From: Oscillospiraceae bacterium
GTDB taxonomy: Bacteria; Bacillota; Clostridia; Oscillospirales; Oscillospiraceae
Reading direction: 5' to 3'
Assembly: GCA_016293265.1 (NCBI GenBank)
Contig: JAEDEN010000001.1
Location: forward strand, 20,181 to 84,180
Length of the DNA: 64,000 nucleotides
The notes beneath the pieces are model-generated. The model did not search any database. It saw only the letters and a list, made by a program, of their open reading frames with translations, and had not been told where the DNA came from. Below are positions 46,077 through 55,470 of the stretch, piece by piece. Position 1 is the stretch's first letter. The number at the start of each line of letters is the position of its first letter. A program made the translations under genes and the position numbers.

Positions 46077-48429
46077 TTTTTTGAAAGACCGTATCGTCAT
46101 CCTGGACGGCGCGATGGGCACCGTCCTCCAACAAAAGGGCCTGCCCCCCGGCGGCCAGCCGGAACTGCTGAACCTGACGGAGCCGACGCTGCTGGGCTCC
46201 ATCTACCGGGAGTATATCGCCGCGGGCAGCCAGGTGCTGTACGCCAACACCTTCGGGGCAAACGGCTTGAAGCTGAGCCGCACCGGCCACAGTGTGGAAG
46301 AGGTCATCGGCGCCGCCGTGGCGATTGCGAAGGAGGCTGCCGCGGGGACGGATGTCCGGGTGGCGCTGGATATGGGACCTTTGGGAGAACTGCTGGAGCC
46401 CATAGGAAGCCTGCCTTTCGAGGGTGCCTACGAGCTGTTCCGGGAGATGGCGGTGGCCGGAGAACGGGCCGGCGCCGATCTGGTGGCCATAGAGACGATG
46501 ACGGACCTCTATGAGGCAAAGGCCGCGCTGCTGGCAGTCAAGGAGAACACGGCCCTGCCGGTGCTGGTCACTATGTCCTTTGAGGAGCGGGGACGTACCT
46601 TTACCGGCTGTACCGTGGCCTCCATGGCCCGGACGCTGGAGGGCCTGGGGGCGGATGCCATCGGCCTGAACTGCTCTCTGGGGCCGGACCTGCTGGCCCC
46701 GCTGCTGAAGGAGCTGTGTGAGAATACCCGGCTGCCGGTGGTGGCAAAGCCCAACGCGGGCCTGCCGGACCCGGTGGACGGCCATTATGATATGGGGCCG
46801 GAGGCATTCGCACAGGCACTGGCACCGTGTTTGGAGGCGGGCGTCACCATCTTTGGCGGCTGCTGCGGCACCTCGCCGGAATATATCAGGAGACTGAGGG
46901 CTGCCCTGGAAGGGAAGCCGCCTGCCCCGCGGCGGTATGACGCGGCGGGCTTTGTCTGTACGCCGGTCACGCCGAAACGGCTGGACGGCGTCCGGGTCAT
47001 CGGAGAGCGCATCAATCCCACCGGCAAGAAGCGCTTCCAGCAGGCGCTGCTGGAGGAGGATCTGGATTATATCCTGGATGTAGCGATCCAGCAAGAGGAC
47101 GCGGGAGCGGACATCCTGGATGTGAACGTTGGCTACCCCGGTGTGGACGAGGTGGATATGCTGCCCCGGGTGGTAAAAAAGCTGCAAAGCGCCGTTTCCC
47201 TGCCGCTGCAGTTGGATTCCTCCAATCCGGACGCGCTGGAGGCGGGATTGCGGGTCTATAACGGCAAGGCGGCTGTGAATTCTGTCAACGGTGAGATGGC
47301 GGTGCTGGAGCGGGTGCTGCCCATCGTGAAGAAATACGGGGCCTGCGTGGTGGGGCTGGCCCTGGACAAGGGAGGAATTCCCCGGACGGCGGAGGGCCGG
47401 GTGGCCATCGCCCGCCGGATCCTGGATGCCGCTCTGGCCTATGGGATTCCGAGGGAGGACGTTTGGATCGATTGCCTGACGCTTACCGTTTCCGCCCAGC
47501 AGGAACAGGCGGCGGAAACCCTGCGGGCGGTGCGGACTGTCAGGGAGGAACTGGGCCTGCAGACCGTATTGGGAGTGTCCAACATCTCCTTCGGCCTACC
47601 CAACAGGCCTCTCGTCACGCAGAATTTCCTGATCCAGGCCATGGGCGCCGGGCTGACGCTGCCCATCATCAATCCCAATCAAAAGGAGATGATGGATGCG
47701 GTGGCGGCCTTCCGGGTGCTCTCGGGAGAGGACACCCAGTGCCGGGACTATGTGGCCCGGTTTGCCGGCGAGACGGCGGCAGTGCAGGCTGCACCGGGGA
47801 AACATACCGATCTGACTTTGGACGACGCCGTCATCAAGGGGTTAAAGGCCGACGCCGGGAAGCTGGCAAGGTTGGCTCTGGAAACGGAGAGTGAGCTTGA
47901 CCTGGTGGAGCGCCACCTGATCCCGGCTCTGGACCGGGTGGGGGAGGAATATGAGCGGGGAAAGCTGTTCCTGCCCCAACTGCTCAGCGCCGCCCAGGCG
48001 GCCCAGTCCGTTTTTGAGGTCATCCGGGCCTCCATCGCGGAGAAGGGCGAAGCCCCGCTGAAGAAAGGCCGGCTGCTGATTGCCACAGTACAGGGAGACA
48101 TCCATGACATCGGAAAGAACATCGTCAAGACGGTGCTGGAGAACTACGGGTATGAGGTCGTCGACCTGGGCCGGGATGTGCCGCCGGAGGCCATCGTGAA
48201 GGCGGTGGTGGAGGAGAGAATCCGGCTGGTGGGATTGTCCGCCCTGATGACCACTACTTTACCTGCCATGGAGGAGACTATCCGGCAGCTTCGTGCCCTG
48301 CCGGACCCGCCGGTGACGTTTGTGGGCGGCGCGGTGGTGACGCCGGAATATGCCAGGAAAATGAATGCGGACTATTATTCCAAAGACGCCCGCCAGTCCG
48401 TTGAGATCGCAAGGAAGGTGTTGGGATGA
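46066..48429 (+). CDS. metH: Cobalamin-dependent methionine synthase core (Hcy-, folate- and B12-binding domains)
   Basis: DGAMGT, GLNC, GGCCGT, IGERINPTG, SNISFGLP, DIHDIGKNIV, SALMTTT. Confidence 0.9.
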   Translation: MRSDFLKDRIVILDGAMGTVLQQKGLPPGGQPELLNLTEPTLLGSIYREYIAAGSQVLYANTFGANGLKLSRTGHSVEEVIGAAVAIAKEAAAGTDVRVALDMGPLGELLEPIGSLPFEGAYELFREMAVAGERAGADLVAIETMTDLYEAKAALLAVKENTALPVLVTMSFEERGRTFTGCTVASMARTLEGLGADAIGLNCSLGPDLLAPLLKELCENTRLPVVAKPNAGLPDPVDGHYDMGPEAFAQALAPCLEAGVTIFGGCCGTSPEYIRRLRAALEGKPPAPRRYDAAGFVCTPVTPKRLDGVRVIGERINPTGKKRFQQALLEEDLDYILDVAIQQEDAGADILDVNVGYPGVDEVDMLPRVVKKLQSAVSLPLQLDSSNPDALEAGLRVYNGKAAVNSVNGEMAVLERVLPIVKKYGACVVGLALDKGGIPRTAEGRVAIARRILDAALAYGIPREDVWIDCLTLTVSAQQEQAAETLRAVRTVREELGLQTVLGVSNISFGLPNRPLVTQNFLIQAMGAGLTLPIINPNQKEMMDAVAAFRVLSGEDTQCRDYVARFAGETAAVQAAPGKHTDLTLDDAVIKGLKADAGKLARLALETESELDLVERHLIPALDRVGEEYERGKLFLPQLLSAAQAAQSVFEVIRASIAEKGEAPLKKGRLLIATVQGDIHDIGKNIVKTVLENYGYEVVDLGRDVPPEAIVKAVVEERIRLVGLSALMTTTLPAMEETIRQLRALPDPPVTFVGGAVVTPEYARKMNADYYSKDARQSVEIARKVLG

Positions 48430-50192
48430 TGGATATTCGGACTTATCTGAAGCAGGGAAGGCCTTTGCTCTTTGACGGTGCCATGGGCACGTATTTTGCC
48501 GCCCTGCCCGGCCGGGGCTCGGAGCGGTGTGAGCAGGCGAACCTGGACCGCCCGGAAGAGATCGCCTCCATCCACAGGGCATATCTGGAGGCCGGCTGCC
48601 GGGCGATCAAGACCAATACCTTCGCCGTGAGCGCGGAGCTGGCCCAAAACCGGGAGGAAGCGTCCGAAGGGATCATCGAAGCCGGATGCCGTCTGGCGAT
48701 GGAGGCCGCGGGGCCCTATGACGCCTATGTGTTTGCGGACCTGGGACCGGCGCCCCAGGGGAAGACCCTGAGCCCTGCGGAAAACTACTGCCGCCAGGCG
48801 GAGCTGTTCCTTCGCCAGGGGGTGACGCACTTTCTGGTGGAAACGCTGCCCACGGATGAGGGCATCCCGGAGCTGGCCCGGTATCTGAAAGCAGGCTGCC
48901 CCTCGGCTTTCCTCATCGTCTCCTTTGCGGTGGGGGCTGAGGGTACGACCCGTGAGGGCTGTTTGGGATACGACCTGTTCCGCCGGACTGCCGCCCTGGA
49001 GGAGGTGGACGCTGTTGGTTTCAACTGCGTTTCCGGTCCCCATCATCTGCTGGAGTACATCCGAAAGCTGGATCTGGAGGGCGTTACCCTTTCCGTCATG
49101 CCCAATGCCGGATATCCCACGGTTTTGGGCCGCCGGGCGGTGTTCCAGGGGAGGCCGGACTATTTTGGAGAAAAGCTGGCACAGATCGCCCAGGCCGGGG
49201 CGGCCATCCTTGGCGGCTGCTGCGGCACGACGCCGGAACATATCGCCAAAGCAGCCGCCGCCCTGGCGGAGGGACGCCCGTCCGGTGTATTTGCCCGGCC
49301 CCGGGCGGAGCAGGAGCGCCGGAGCCCCGCCCACAGAAATTCCCTGTGGGAGAAGCTGGAGCGTGGAGAGCGGGTTATTGCGGTGGAGCTGGACCCGCCT
49401 GTGGATGATAATGTGGCCCCCTTCCTGGAGGGCGTGCGGGTGCTGCGTTCCGCTGGTGCGGATGCCGTTACCATCGCGGACTGCCCAGTGGGCCGCCCCC
49501 GGGCGGACAGCAGCCTGCTGGCCTGTAAGGTCCGGCGGGAGTTGGGGGTGGAACCGCTGCCTCATATGACCTGCCGTGACCGGAATTTGAATGCCACCAA
49601 GGCGCTGCTGCTGGGATTGTCCATGGAGGGAGTCCACAACGTTTTGCTGGTGACCGGCGACCCGATCCCCACCGAGGAGCGGGATGAGGTGAAAAGCGTG
49701 TTCAATTTTAACTCCCGAAAACTGGCGCAGTATGTCAGCGGCTTGAACCAGCAGGTTTTGACAACGCCTTTCCGAATTTTCGGCGCGCTGAATCTGAATG
49801 CCCGCAATTTTGCCATGCAGCTAAAGATCGCCCAGGAGAAAGAGGCCTGCGGCGTCTCCGGCTTTTTAACGCAGCCGGTGCTGTCCCGGGAGGCGCTGGA
49901 CAACCTGAAGCTGGCCCGGGAAACCCTGCAGGGCAAGATTCTGGGGGGCGTTTTCCCGGTGGTCAGCCACCGGAACGCCTGCTTCCTCAACAACGAGATT
50001 GCCGGTATGCGGGTCTGCGACGAGATCGTGGCCCTGTATGAGGGGAAGGACCGGGAGGCAGCCGGGGAGCTGGCGGTGGCTATCTCTGCCCGGGTGGCGG
50101 AGGAGATCGCCCCCTATACAGACGGACTCTATTTGATGACGCCCTTCCGCCGTGTGGAATTGATGAGCAGGATCATCGAACAGGTTAGGTGA
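48426..50192 (+). CDS. Bifunctional homocysteine S-methyltransferase / methylenetetrahydrofolate reductase (YitJ-like)
   Basis: DGAMGT, GFNC, GGCCGTT, then VELDPP, PHMTCRDRN, TGDP, TQP. Confidence 0.9.
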   Translation: MMDIRTYLKQGRPLLFDGAMGTYFAALPGRGSERCEQANLDRPEEIASIHRAYLEAGCRAIKTNTFAVSAELAQNREEASEGIIEAGCRLAMEAAGPYDAYVFADLGPAPQGKTLSPAENYCRQAELFLRQGVTHFLVETLPTDEGIPELARYLKAGCPSAFLIVSFAVGAEGTTREGCLGYDLFRRTAALEEVDAVGFNCVSGPHHLLEYIRKLDLEGVTLSVMPNAGYPTVLGRRAVFQGRPDYFGEKLAQIAQAGAAILGGCCGTTPEHIAKAAAALAEGRPSGVFARPRAEQERRSPAHRNSLWEKLERGERVIAVELDPPVDDNVAPFLEGVRVLRSAGADAVTIADCPVGRPRADSSLLACKVRRELGVEPLPHMTCRDRNLNATKALLLGLSMEGVHNVLLVTGDPIPTEERDEVKSVFNFNSRKLAQYVSGLNQQVLTTPFRIFGALNLNARNFAMQLKIAQEKEACGVSGFLTQPVLSREALDNLKLARETLQGKILGGVFPVVSHRNACFLNNEIAGMRVCDEIVALYEGKDREAAGELAVAISARVAEEIAPYTDGLYLMTPFRRVELMSRIIEQVR

Positions 50193-50206
50193 GAGGAGAA
50201 AAGAAG

Positions 50207-50241
50207 AACATCCGCAGCTTGATAAGCTGCGGATGTTTTTT
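50207..50241. terminator. Terminator between convergent genes
   Basis: AACATCCGCAGCTT / AAGCTGCGGATGTTTTT. Confidence 0.85.
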
Positions 50242-50242
50242 G

Positions 50243-50755
50243 TCACGATGGAAAAACGCCATACCGCTGGTTCAGCCTGGTCAGCCAACGGCGCAGAGGC
50301 TTGAACAGGATGAGGGCCACGGCAAAATTTCCCATGCCGTGGATGAGGTCCATGGGGATGCCGGCGACCCACCAGGAAATGGCGGCAGCCCAGCCGCCGG
50401 CGGCCCAGTACACCAGTGCGCACAGGCCGCCGAAAAGGAGCCCGAAGCAGCCGGAGAGCGTGGCCCATCCCAAGGGTGATTCCATCCGCCGCAGCAGACG
50501 GGCCAGGCAGAAGAGGATCAGCCAGACATACAGGTAGGCGATGGACCACAGGCCCAGGCCCCAGACGGCGCATTCCAGGAAAACATAGATGTAGACTGCG
50601 TACAGGCCGCGCCAGCCATAGCATACAGCCAGAAGCATGACCAGCAGGGACACCGGCTCAATGTTGGGAAGCTGGGCCATGGCGAGCTTTGCGGCGAACA
50701 GCATGGCGCCCAGCAATCCCAACAGGGCCAACTCCCTGGCAGAGAGCTTTTTCAT
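50243..50755 (-). CDS. ECF-type S component, probably corrinoid-related
   Basis: LPNIEPVSLL motif, hydrophobic 170 aa, D..H..GNF; next to DUF4430 gene and metH. Confidence 0.7.
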   Translation of the reverse strand: MKKLSARELALLGLLGAMLFAAKLAMAQLPNIEPVSLLVMLLAVCYGWRGLYAVYIYVFLECAVWGLGLWSIAYLYVWLILFCLARLLRRMESPLGWATLSGCFGLLFGGLCALVYWAAGGWAAAISWWVAGIPMDLIHGMGNFAVALILFKPLRRWLTRLNQRYGVFPS

Positions 50756-50756
50756 A

Positions 50757-51152
50757 TCAGCCGATGGTATACGACCAGGTGTAGACGCTCCCATCCTGAA
50801 GCACCACCTCATCCACGCCGGTTTGCGCATCCTCCCCGTTGCAGGAAAGACGCCACCAGCTTCCGTTCAGGTTATAATCCGCCTGCTCACCGTCCACGGT
50901 ATCCACAAAGAGGCCGTATTCGCCCTTCGTGCCGGAGATCAGGCCCTCCTGCGTCAAAAGCTCGCCCAGATATTCCAGGTCTGTCCGGTAGGTGAATTCT
51001 GCCTCTGCCCCGTCGCTGTGTACGACCTGCACCGTGATTTGCTTTGCACCATCCTCCGGCTGGGGACGGTTTGCCTGCCAGACGGCAAAAAGAACGGCCG
51101 CCAGGACCAAAAATACCGCAACACCCAGGACCGCTTGCTTTTGCTTTTTCAT
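50757..51152 (-). CDS. Membrane-anchored DUF4430 (transcobalamin beta-domain-like) protein
   Basis: N-terminal anchor, GLFVDTVDG, WW...NGE....GVD; AAGGAG RBS. Confidence 0.75.
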   Translation of the reverse strand: MKKQKQAVLGVAVFLVLAAVLFAVWQANRPQPEDGAKQITVQVVHSDGAEAEFTYRTDLEYLGELLTQEGLISGTKGEYGLFVDTVDGEQADYNLNGSWWRLSCNGEDAQTGVDEVVLQDGSVYTWSYTIG

Positions 51153-51449
51153 GTTTGTATGCTCCTTTGTGGAAATAATCAGATGGTTTCTCAGATGAAC
51201 TGTCAACTTATTATAATTTGTGCTCTGCGGATATTCAATGGATCGGATTCAATTTTACGATGTCAAAAGCCAAATTCCGCCGTGTTTTTCCGGAGAGAGA
51301 AGCTTGCTGCGGCCGATTTGGGGGATGGAAAAAGACCCGCTGCAGGATGGAAAATTCCGCAGCGGGCCCTTTGAGATGTATGGGACTATCCGTGATTTTT
51401 TCATGTTAAAGGCAGCTTCGGCCCTTGGTGTGAAAGGGAGCTCGATTTC

Positions 51450-52688
51450 TTAGAATTTACTCAGCAGGTATTCCTCGGCCTCTGCACACCACAGGCCATT
51501 ATGCTCTTTTACGATCTGCGCAAGGGTTTTGAAGCGCTCGTCGGTGCGGCCAAGCTCTTCAAAATCCGAAATTGCGGTCAGGGGCATATTGATGTGGGTG
51601 TAGATCAGTTTTTTACCGCCGGAGAGGTGGGGAAAATTCAGCGTTGTGTCGATTACGGCATCCATTCCGCCGATATGCGTGATCATGACAGCGGGATTGA
51701 TGCGGCTTTCGCTGATGTAGCGAACCACATCTTTCATGTCATCGGTGGTGCTGCCGCTGGTGCCTGCCACATGGTGCTGGGCATAATGGACGTTATAGAA
51801 GTTCAGAGGTACGCTGAAATGCTTATCGATGGGGCCGGAGAAGAAATTCAGGCAGCCGTCAAAAGCCAGGATGGCGTCAGCCAGTTCCACCACTGCGGGG
51901 ACGGCGATATAGGCAAACACATCGTCATAACCGGTGCCGCCGGAGATTTCCATCAGCTCATCCGGATCGGCGGTGTTTGCAAACACCAGCTTGATCCCTT
52001 GCTTCTCTGCCTCCGCCGGATCAAAAATGCGTTTTGCCCGGTCAAGGCGGGCCTGGTCCAGGTCGGTTACCACGATCATGGAGGGCTTATAATCGCCGTG
52101 CAGCGCGCAGTCGATGGCTTCAAGACCCATGGGGCCGCATGCGGCCAGAAGTGCGACCTTGCCGCCCTCCTTGAGACCGGTGATATGGCTGCCGTCTTCG
52201 TCCAGATGGAAGGTTGCCTTAAAGCCTCTCAAAACGCAGGATACCGGCTCCACAAGGGAACCGCCGAAAAAGGCGTTGCTGTTGATCTTGAGCAAATAGC
52301 CGTTTTCAACGATGTGCTCATATACCAGGGAATATGTGGAATCGCCTCCGATCTCCCCGAAGGAATAGCCGATGGTATCCATAGTGCCCAGATAGCCCAG
52401 AACGGGCGGGATGATGACCTTCTCGCCCACCTTGTAATCGTCCTTCCACCTGCTTCCCACCTCAACGATCTCGGCGCAGAATTCATGGCCGATGATGGCG
52501 GGCTGGTCTGCCACGTTGTTGGGGACCCGGATGTGGTCTTCGCCCTGGATGGCGGTCTTGTAGGTGGACATACATACGCTGTCGGATATGATTTTGATTA
52601 AGATCTCACCCTCTTTGATGGGGGGAAGTTCAAATTCCTCCAATCTCAGGTCTTTTTTGCCGTAAAGGCGCACAGCTGTTGTTTTCAT
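51450..52688 (-). CDS. Zinc-binding MDR dehydrogenase, L-sorbose-1-phosphate reductase (SorE)-like
   Basis: MKTTAVRLYGKKDLRLEEFELP, CMSTYK, GHEF, NFYNVHY, GGKKLIY. Confidence 0.85.
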   Translation of the reverse strand: MKTTAVRLYGKKDLRLEEFELPPIKEGEILIKIISDSVCMSTYKTAIQGEDHIRVPNNVADQPAIIGHEFCAEIVEVGSRWKDDYKVGEKVIIPPVLGYLGTMDTIGYSFGEIGGDSTYSLVYEHIVENGYLLKINSNAFFGGSLVEPVSCVLRGFKATFHLDEDGSHITGLKEGGKVALLAACGPMGLEAIDCALHGDYKPSMIVVTDLDQARLDRAKRIFDPAEAEKQGIKLVFANTADPDELMEISGGTGYDDVFAYIAVPAVVELADAILAFDGCLNFFSGPIDKHFSVPLNFYNVHYAQHHVAGTSGSTTDDMKDVVRYISESRINPAVMITHIGGMDAVIDTTLNFPHLSGGKKLIYTHINMPLTAISDFEELGRTDERFKTLAQIVKEHNGLWCAEAEEYLLSKF

Positions 52689-52701
52689 ACCGCTTCTCCT
52701 T

Positions 52702-53571
52702 TTATGCCTTATTGCTGCTTCCAAACGTTCTGAGCTTGCAGCGAATGACTTCCTTCATGTTTGCCCGTGCTTCCTCGAACACGAACACAGGCCAGGTGGC
52801 CGGGTTTCCGATATTGGCCAGCTTGCTCTTCAGGCCGTTGTTCATGGCGGCTACCACATCGGAATAGATGTTGATTTTAGTGATGCCGTGATCAATAGCG
52901 GTTTTGATCTGGTCGTCCGGTGTGCCGCTGCCTCCGTGAAGCACCAGGGGACGGCCGCATACGGCGGTGATCTCATCCAACCGGTCGATGCGCAGGGTGG
53001 GTGTCTTTTTGTAAACGCCGTGGGCGGTTCCGATGGCGATGGCCAGGGCATCCACATCGGTCTGGTCAATAAATCTGACCACATCCGCAGGATCTGTCAG
53101 GGTATCTTCAGGGTCTTCGTTGATTTTGGTGTCGGTCTCGTTGCCGACCATGGCGTTCCCCACATGTCCCAGCTCTGCTTCCACCGTAAGCCCTGCCCCG
53201 TGAGCGAACCGGACCACCTCGGCGGTGTTGTGGGCGTTCTGCTCAAAGGGAAGAACCGAGCCGTCGTACATGACGGAACTGAACCCGGCTGCGGCAGCCT
53301 GCTTGATCAGCGCAAGGTCGGTTGCATGGTCAAGGTGCAGGCAGATGGGAACGCTGTAAAATTTGGATGCTTCGGCGATCATGGAGGCAATCAGATTCAT
53401 GCCTTTGCCTTCCAGGTCAACACCAAGCCCCATAAGCAGGGCAGGGGAATGCTCTTCCTCGCAGGTATCCAAAACGGCTCTCATCATCTCATAATTGCTT
53501 ACGTCGAATGCGGGAAGCGCATAGTGGCGCTTTTGCGCGTCGGCAAGCATTTCTTTCATGGTGACCAACAT
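52702..53571 (-). CDS. Class II fructose/tagatose-bisphosphate aldolase
   Basis: HLDHA, SVMYDGS, VEAELG, IGTAHG, LVLHGGSG, KINI. Confidence 0.92.
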   Translation of the reverse strand: MLVTMKEMLADAQKRHYALPAFDVSNYEMMRAVLDTCEEEHSPALLMGLGVDLEGKGMNLIASMIAEASKFYSVPICLHLDHATDLALIKQAAAAGFSSVMYDGSVLPFEQNAHNTAEVVRFAHGAGLTVEAELGHVGNAMVGNETDTKINEDPEDTLTDPADVVRFIDQTDVDALAIAIGTAHGVYKKTPTLRIDRLDEITAVCGRPLVLHGGSGTPDDQIKTAIDHGITKINIYSDVVAAMNNGLKSKLANIGNPATWPVFVFEEARANMKEVIRCKLRTFGSSNKA

Positions 53572-53616
53572 AACGATCCCTCCTGATGGTTTTTATGCTC
53601 CCATCATACCAAACGG

Positions 53617-53645
53617 TTTAACATATGTCAATGACAAATGTTAAA
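53617..53645. promoter_or_regulatory. Palindromic operator between aldolase and SorC-family gene
   Basis: TTTAACATATGTCA-A-TGACAAATGTTAAA (one mismatch). Confidence 0.7.
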
Positions 53646-53717
53646 ATTTGCGTTATTGACATCAGCCGCTGCAACATTATAATGGAATAGAACCGCGCAT
53701 AAAGGAGGGGGTTTGAT

Positions 53718-54647
53718 ATGAGCGCAGAAAAAACGCTGATGGTGGAGGCGGCGATCCTGTATTATGAAAAGAAATACACCCAGCAGGAGATCGCCCAGGT
53801 CATGAAGCTGTCCCGTCAAACCGTTTCCAAGCTGCTGAACGATGCCATCCATGAAAATGTGGTGGAGATCAAAATCCATGATCCCGGGCAGGATTGCAGG
53901 GAGCTGGAGCAAGGGCTTTGTGAACACTTCGGGCTGCGGAATGCGGTGGTCTGCAGCGTAAGCGGCAAGGATGAGATGATCCGCCAGATGATGACGGTGA
54001 AAAAAGCGGCCGAATACCTGCTCCCTCTCATTCAGGATGGGAATCAAAAGATCGCCATTTCCTGGGGGCGGACACTTCAGGCCTTTATTGAAGAGCTGCC
54101 CCGCATCCACGCGGGGCGAAATACGGTCTTTCCCCTGTTCGGCGCAACGGACAGCGAGAAATCCTGTTTTTTGTCCAATGAATTGGCAAGGAGTTTTGCC
54201 GATAAGATCGGTGCGGAGGTCAAATATGCCTGGTTCCCTTACCGGCCGGACCAGGCTGAGGATTGTGAACTCTTGAAAAAGACCTCTTACTATAAAAAGA
54301 TCCATGCGCTTTGGAACCACGTTGATATTGCCATCGTGGGAATCGGCAACACCACGGTGCTGCGGCTATTCGAAGATGTGTTTGGCTACCGGGAGAGAAG
54401 CGTGGATGCCGTGGGCGACGTTGCCACCCACCTCTTTACCGCGGAGGGCCGCCTCATCGAACCATACAGCCATGCGCTGTGCGCTTCGGCGGAAAACTTG
54501 AAGCAGGCAAGGCAGACCGTTGCCATTGCCTGCAGCAGTGATGGGAACAATAAGATAGAGGCCATCATTGGGGCGCTGCGCACAGGACTGCTGGATACGC
54601 TTATTACGGACGAGCATACCGCACGAAATGTGTTGGAGAAGAAATAA
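53718..54647 (+). CDS. SorC/DeoR-type sugar-binding transcriptional regulator
   Basis: LYY....TQQEIA....LSR..VS.LL, ISWGRT, VGIG, LITDE. Confidence 0.92.
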   Translation: MSAEKTLMVEAAILYYEKKYTQQEIAQVMKLSRQTVSKLLNDAIHENVVEIKIHDPGQDCRELEQGLCEHFGLRNAVVCSVSGKDEMIRQMMTVKKAAEYLLPLIQDGNQKIAISWGRTLQAFIEELPRIHAGRNTVFPLFGATDSEKSCFLSNELARSFADKIGAEVKYAWFPYRPDQAEDCELLKKTSYYKKIHALWNHVDIAIVGIGNTTVLRLFEDVFGYRERSVDAVGDVATHLFTAEGRLIEPYSHALCASAENLKQARQTVAIACSSDGNNKIEAIIGALRTGLLDTLITDEHTARNVLEKK

Positions 54648-54671
54648 AGCTTTTAAGCTTGCCTGGGACGG

Positions 54672-54712
54672 AAAAACCCGGAAGACCTTTTTTCAAGGTC
54701 TTCCGGGTTTTT
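54672..54712. terminator. Bidirectional terminator
   Basis: AAAAACCCGGAAGACCTT / AAGGTCTTCCGGGTTTTT. Confidence 0.88.
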
Positions 54713-54715
54713 ATA

Positions 54716-55450
54716 TCAGGTGTTGCCGGTGTTCTCCCGTGCTTCCTCGGCGGCAAGCTCCGCGGCCAGCCGGGCTGCCACCGCTTTCGGATCGGTATCA
54801 TCCACCTGGCCCTTGGCTTTGGCTTCCTCCAACTGGCGTGCGAGCCGCTGCGCAACATCCTGTGCGCTTTCTTCCTCCGCGCCTGAAGCAAGCCTGTCAG
54901 CCCGTTCCTTTCGCACGGCTTCCCGCTGTGCCTGCGCCGCCTCTTGGTCTGCCTGGCGTTGGGCCCTTTCCTTGCTTCTGACTTGGCGCTTGCGGAGATT
55001 GTTCCGCAGGAGAGTCGGATTGAAAATGCTGTGGCCGGTATCCGCCTCCACGGCATCAAATGCCTCCTCCTCGCCTTTGAGGACGGCGATATGCCGGGAA
55101 AATTTCTCTCCGATTTCGGGATTTACCGTCAGGGAAAAAGCGTTTGTACCATCGGAAAAAGTGGCCTTATAATGAAGGGCAGAGGGGGTCTCCTCACATT
55201 TTTCAAGGCGGTGGATGTCGCAGGTGACGGAACGCTTGATGCCGGGCAGGCCGCAGACCGCCATTACGCGCCGGTCGGTGAGGACAACGATGCCGGGGAA
55301 GCGCTCCCGGGGAGTTGCGATGTTCGCCACAACGGCTGCGGTGACGGTTTCTCCCGGTAGGATCAAAGTCTGGGCGTATTGCGCGGAATACCGGTTCATC
55401 ATTCCGGCTTGCTTCCCCTGGATTTGCCGGATTGCTTCATTTACAGTCAT
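54716..55450 (-). CDS. Bacterial PH-domain-like protein with charged helical C-terminus
   Basis: L.PGE.V...G.VVLTDRRV pattern typical of bPH domains; start after GAAAGGGG. Confidence 0.65.
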   Translation of the reverse strand: MTVNEAIRQIQGKQAGMMNRYSAQYAQTLILPGETVTAAVVANIATPRERFPGIVVLTDRRVMAVCGLPGIKRSVTCDIHRLEKCEETPSALHYKATFSDGTNAFSLTVNPEIGEKFSRHIAVLKGEEEAFDAVEADTGHSIFNPTLLRNNLRKRQVRSKERAQRQADQEAAQAQREAVRKERADRLASGAEEESAQDVAQRLARQLEEAKAKGQVDDTDPKAVAARLAAELAAEEARENTGNT

Positions 55451-55470
55451 ATGGAAGCCCCTTTCCAATA

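Noticed and set aside
51152..51450. Cobalamin riboswitch upstream of DUF4430/ECF-S
   Set aside because: No B12-box or GGGAA...GCCACTG elements; promoter lies close to the start codon
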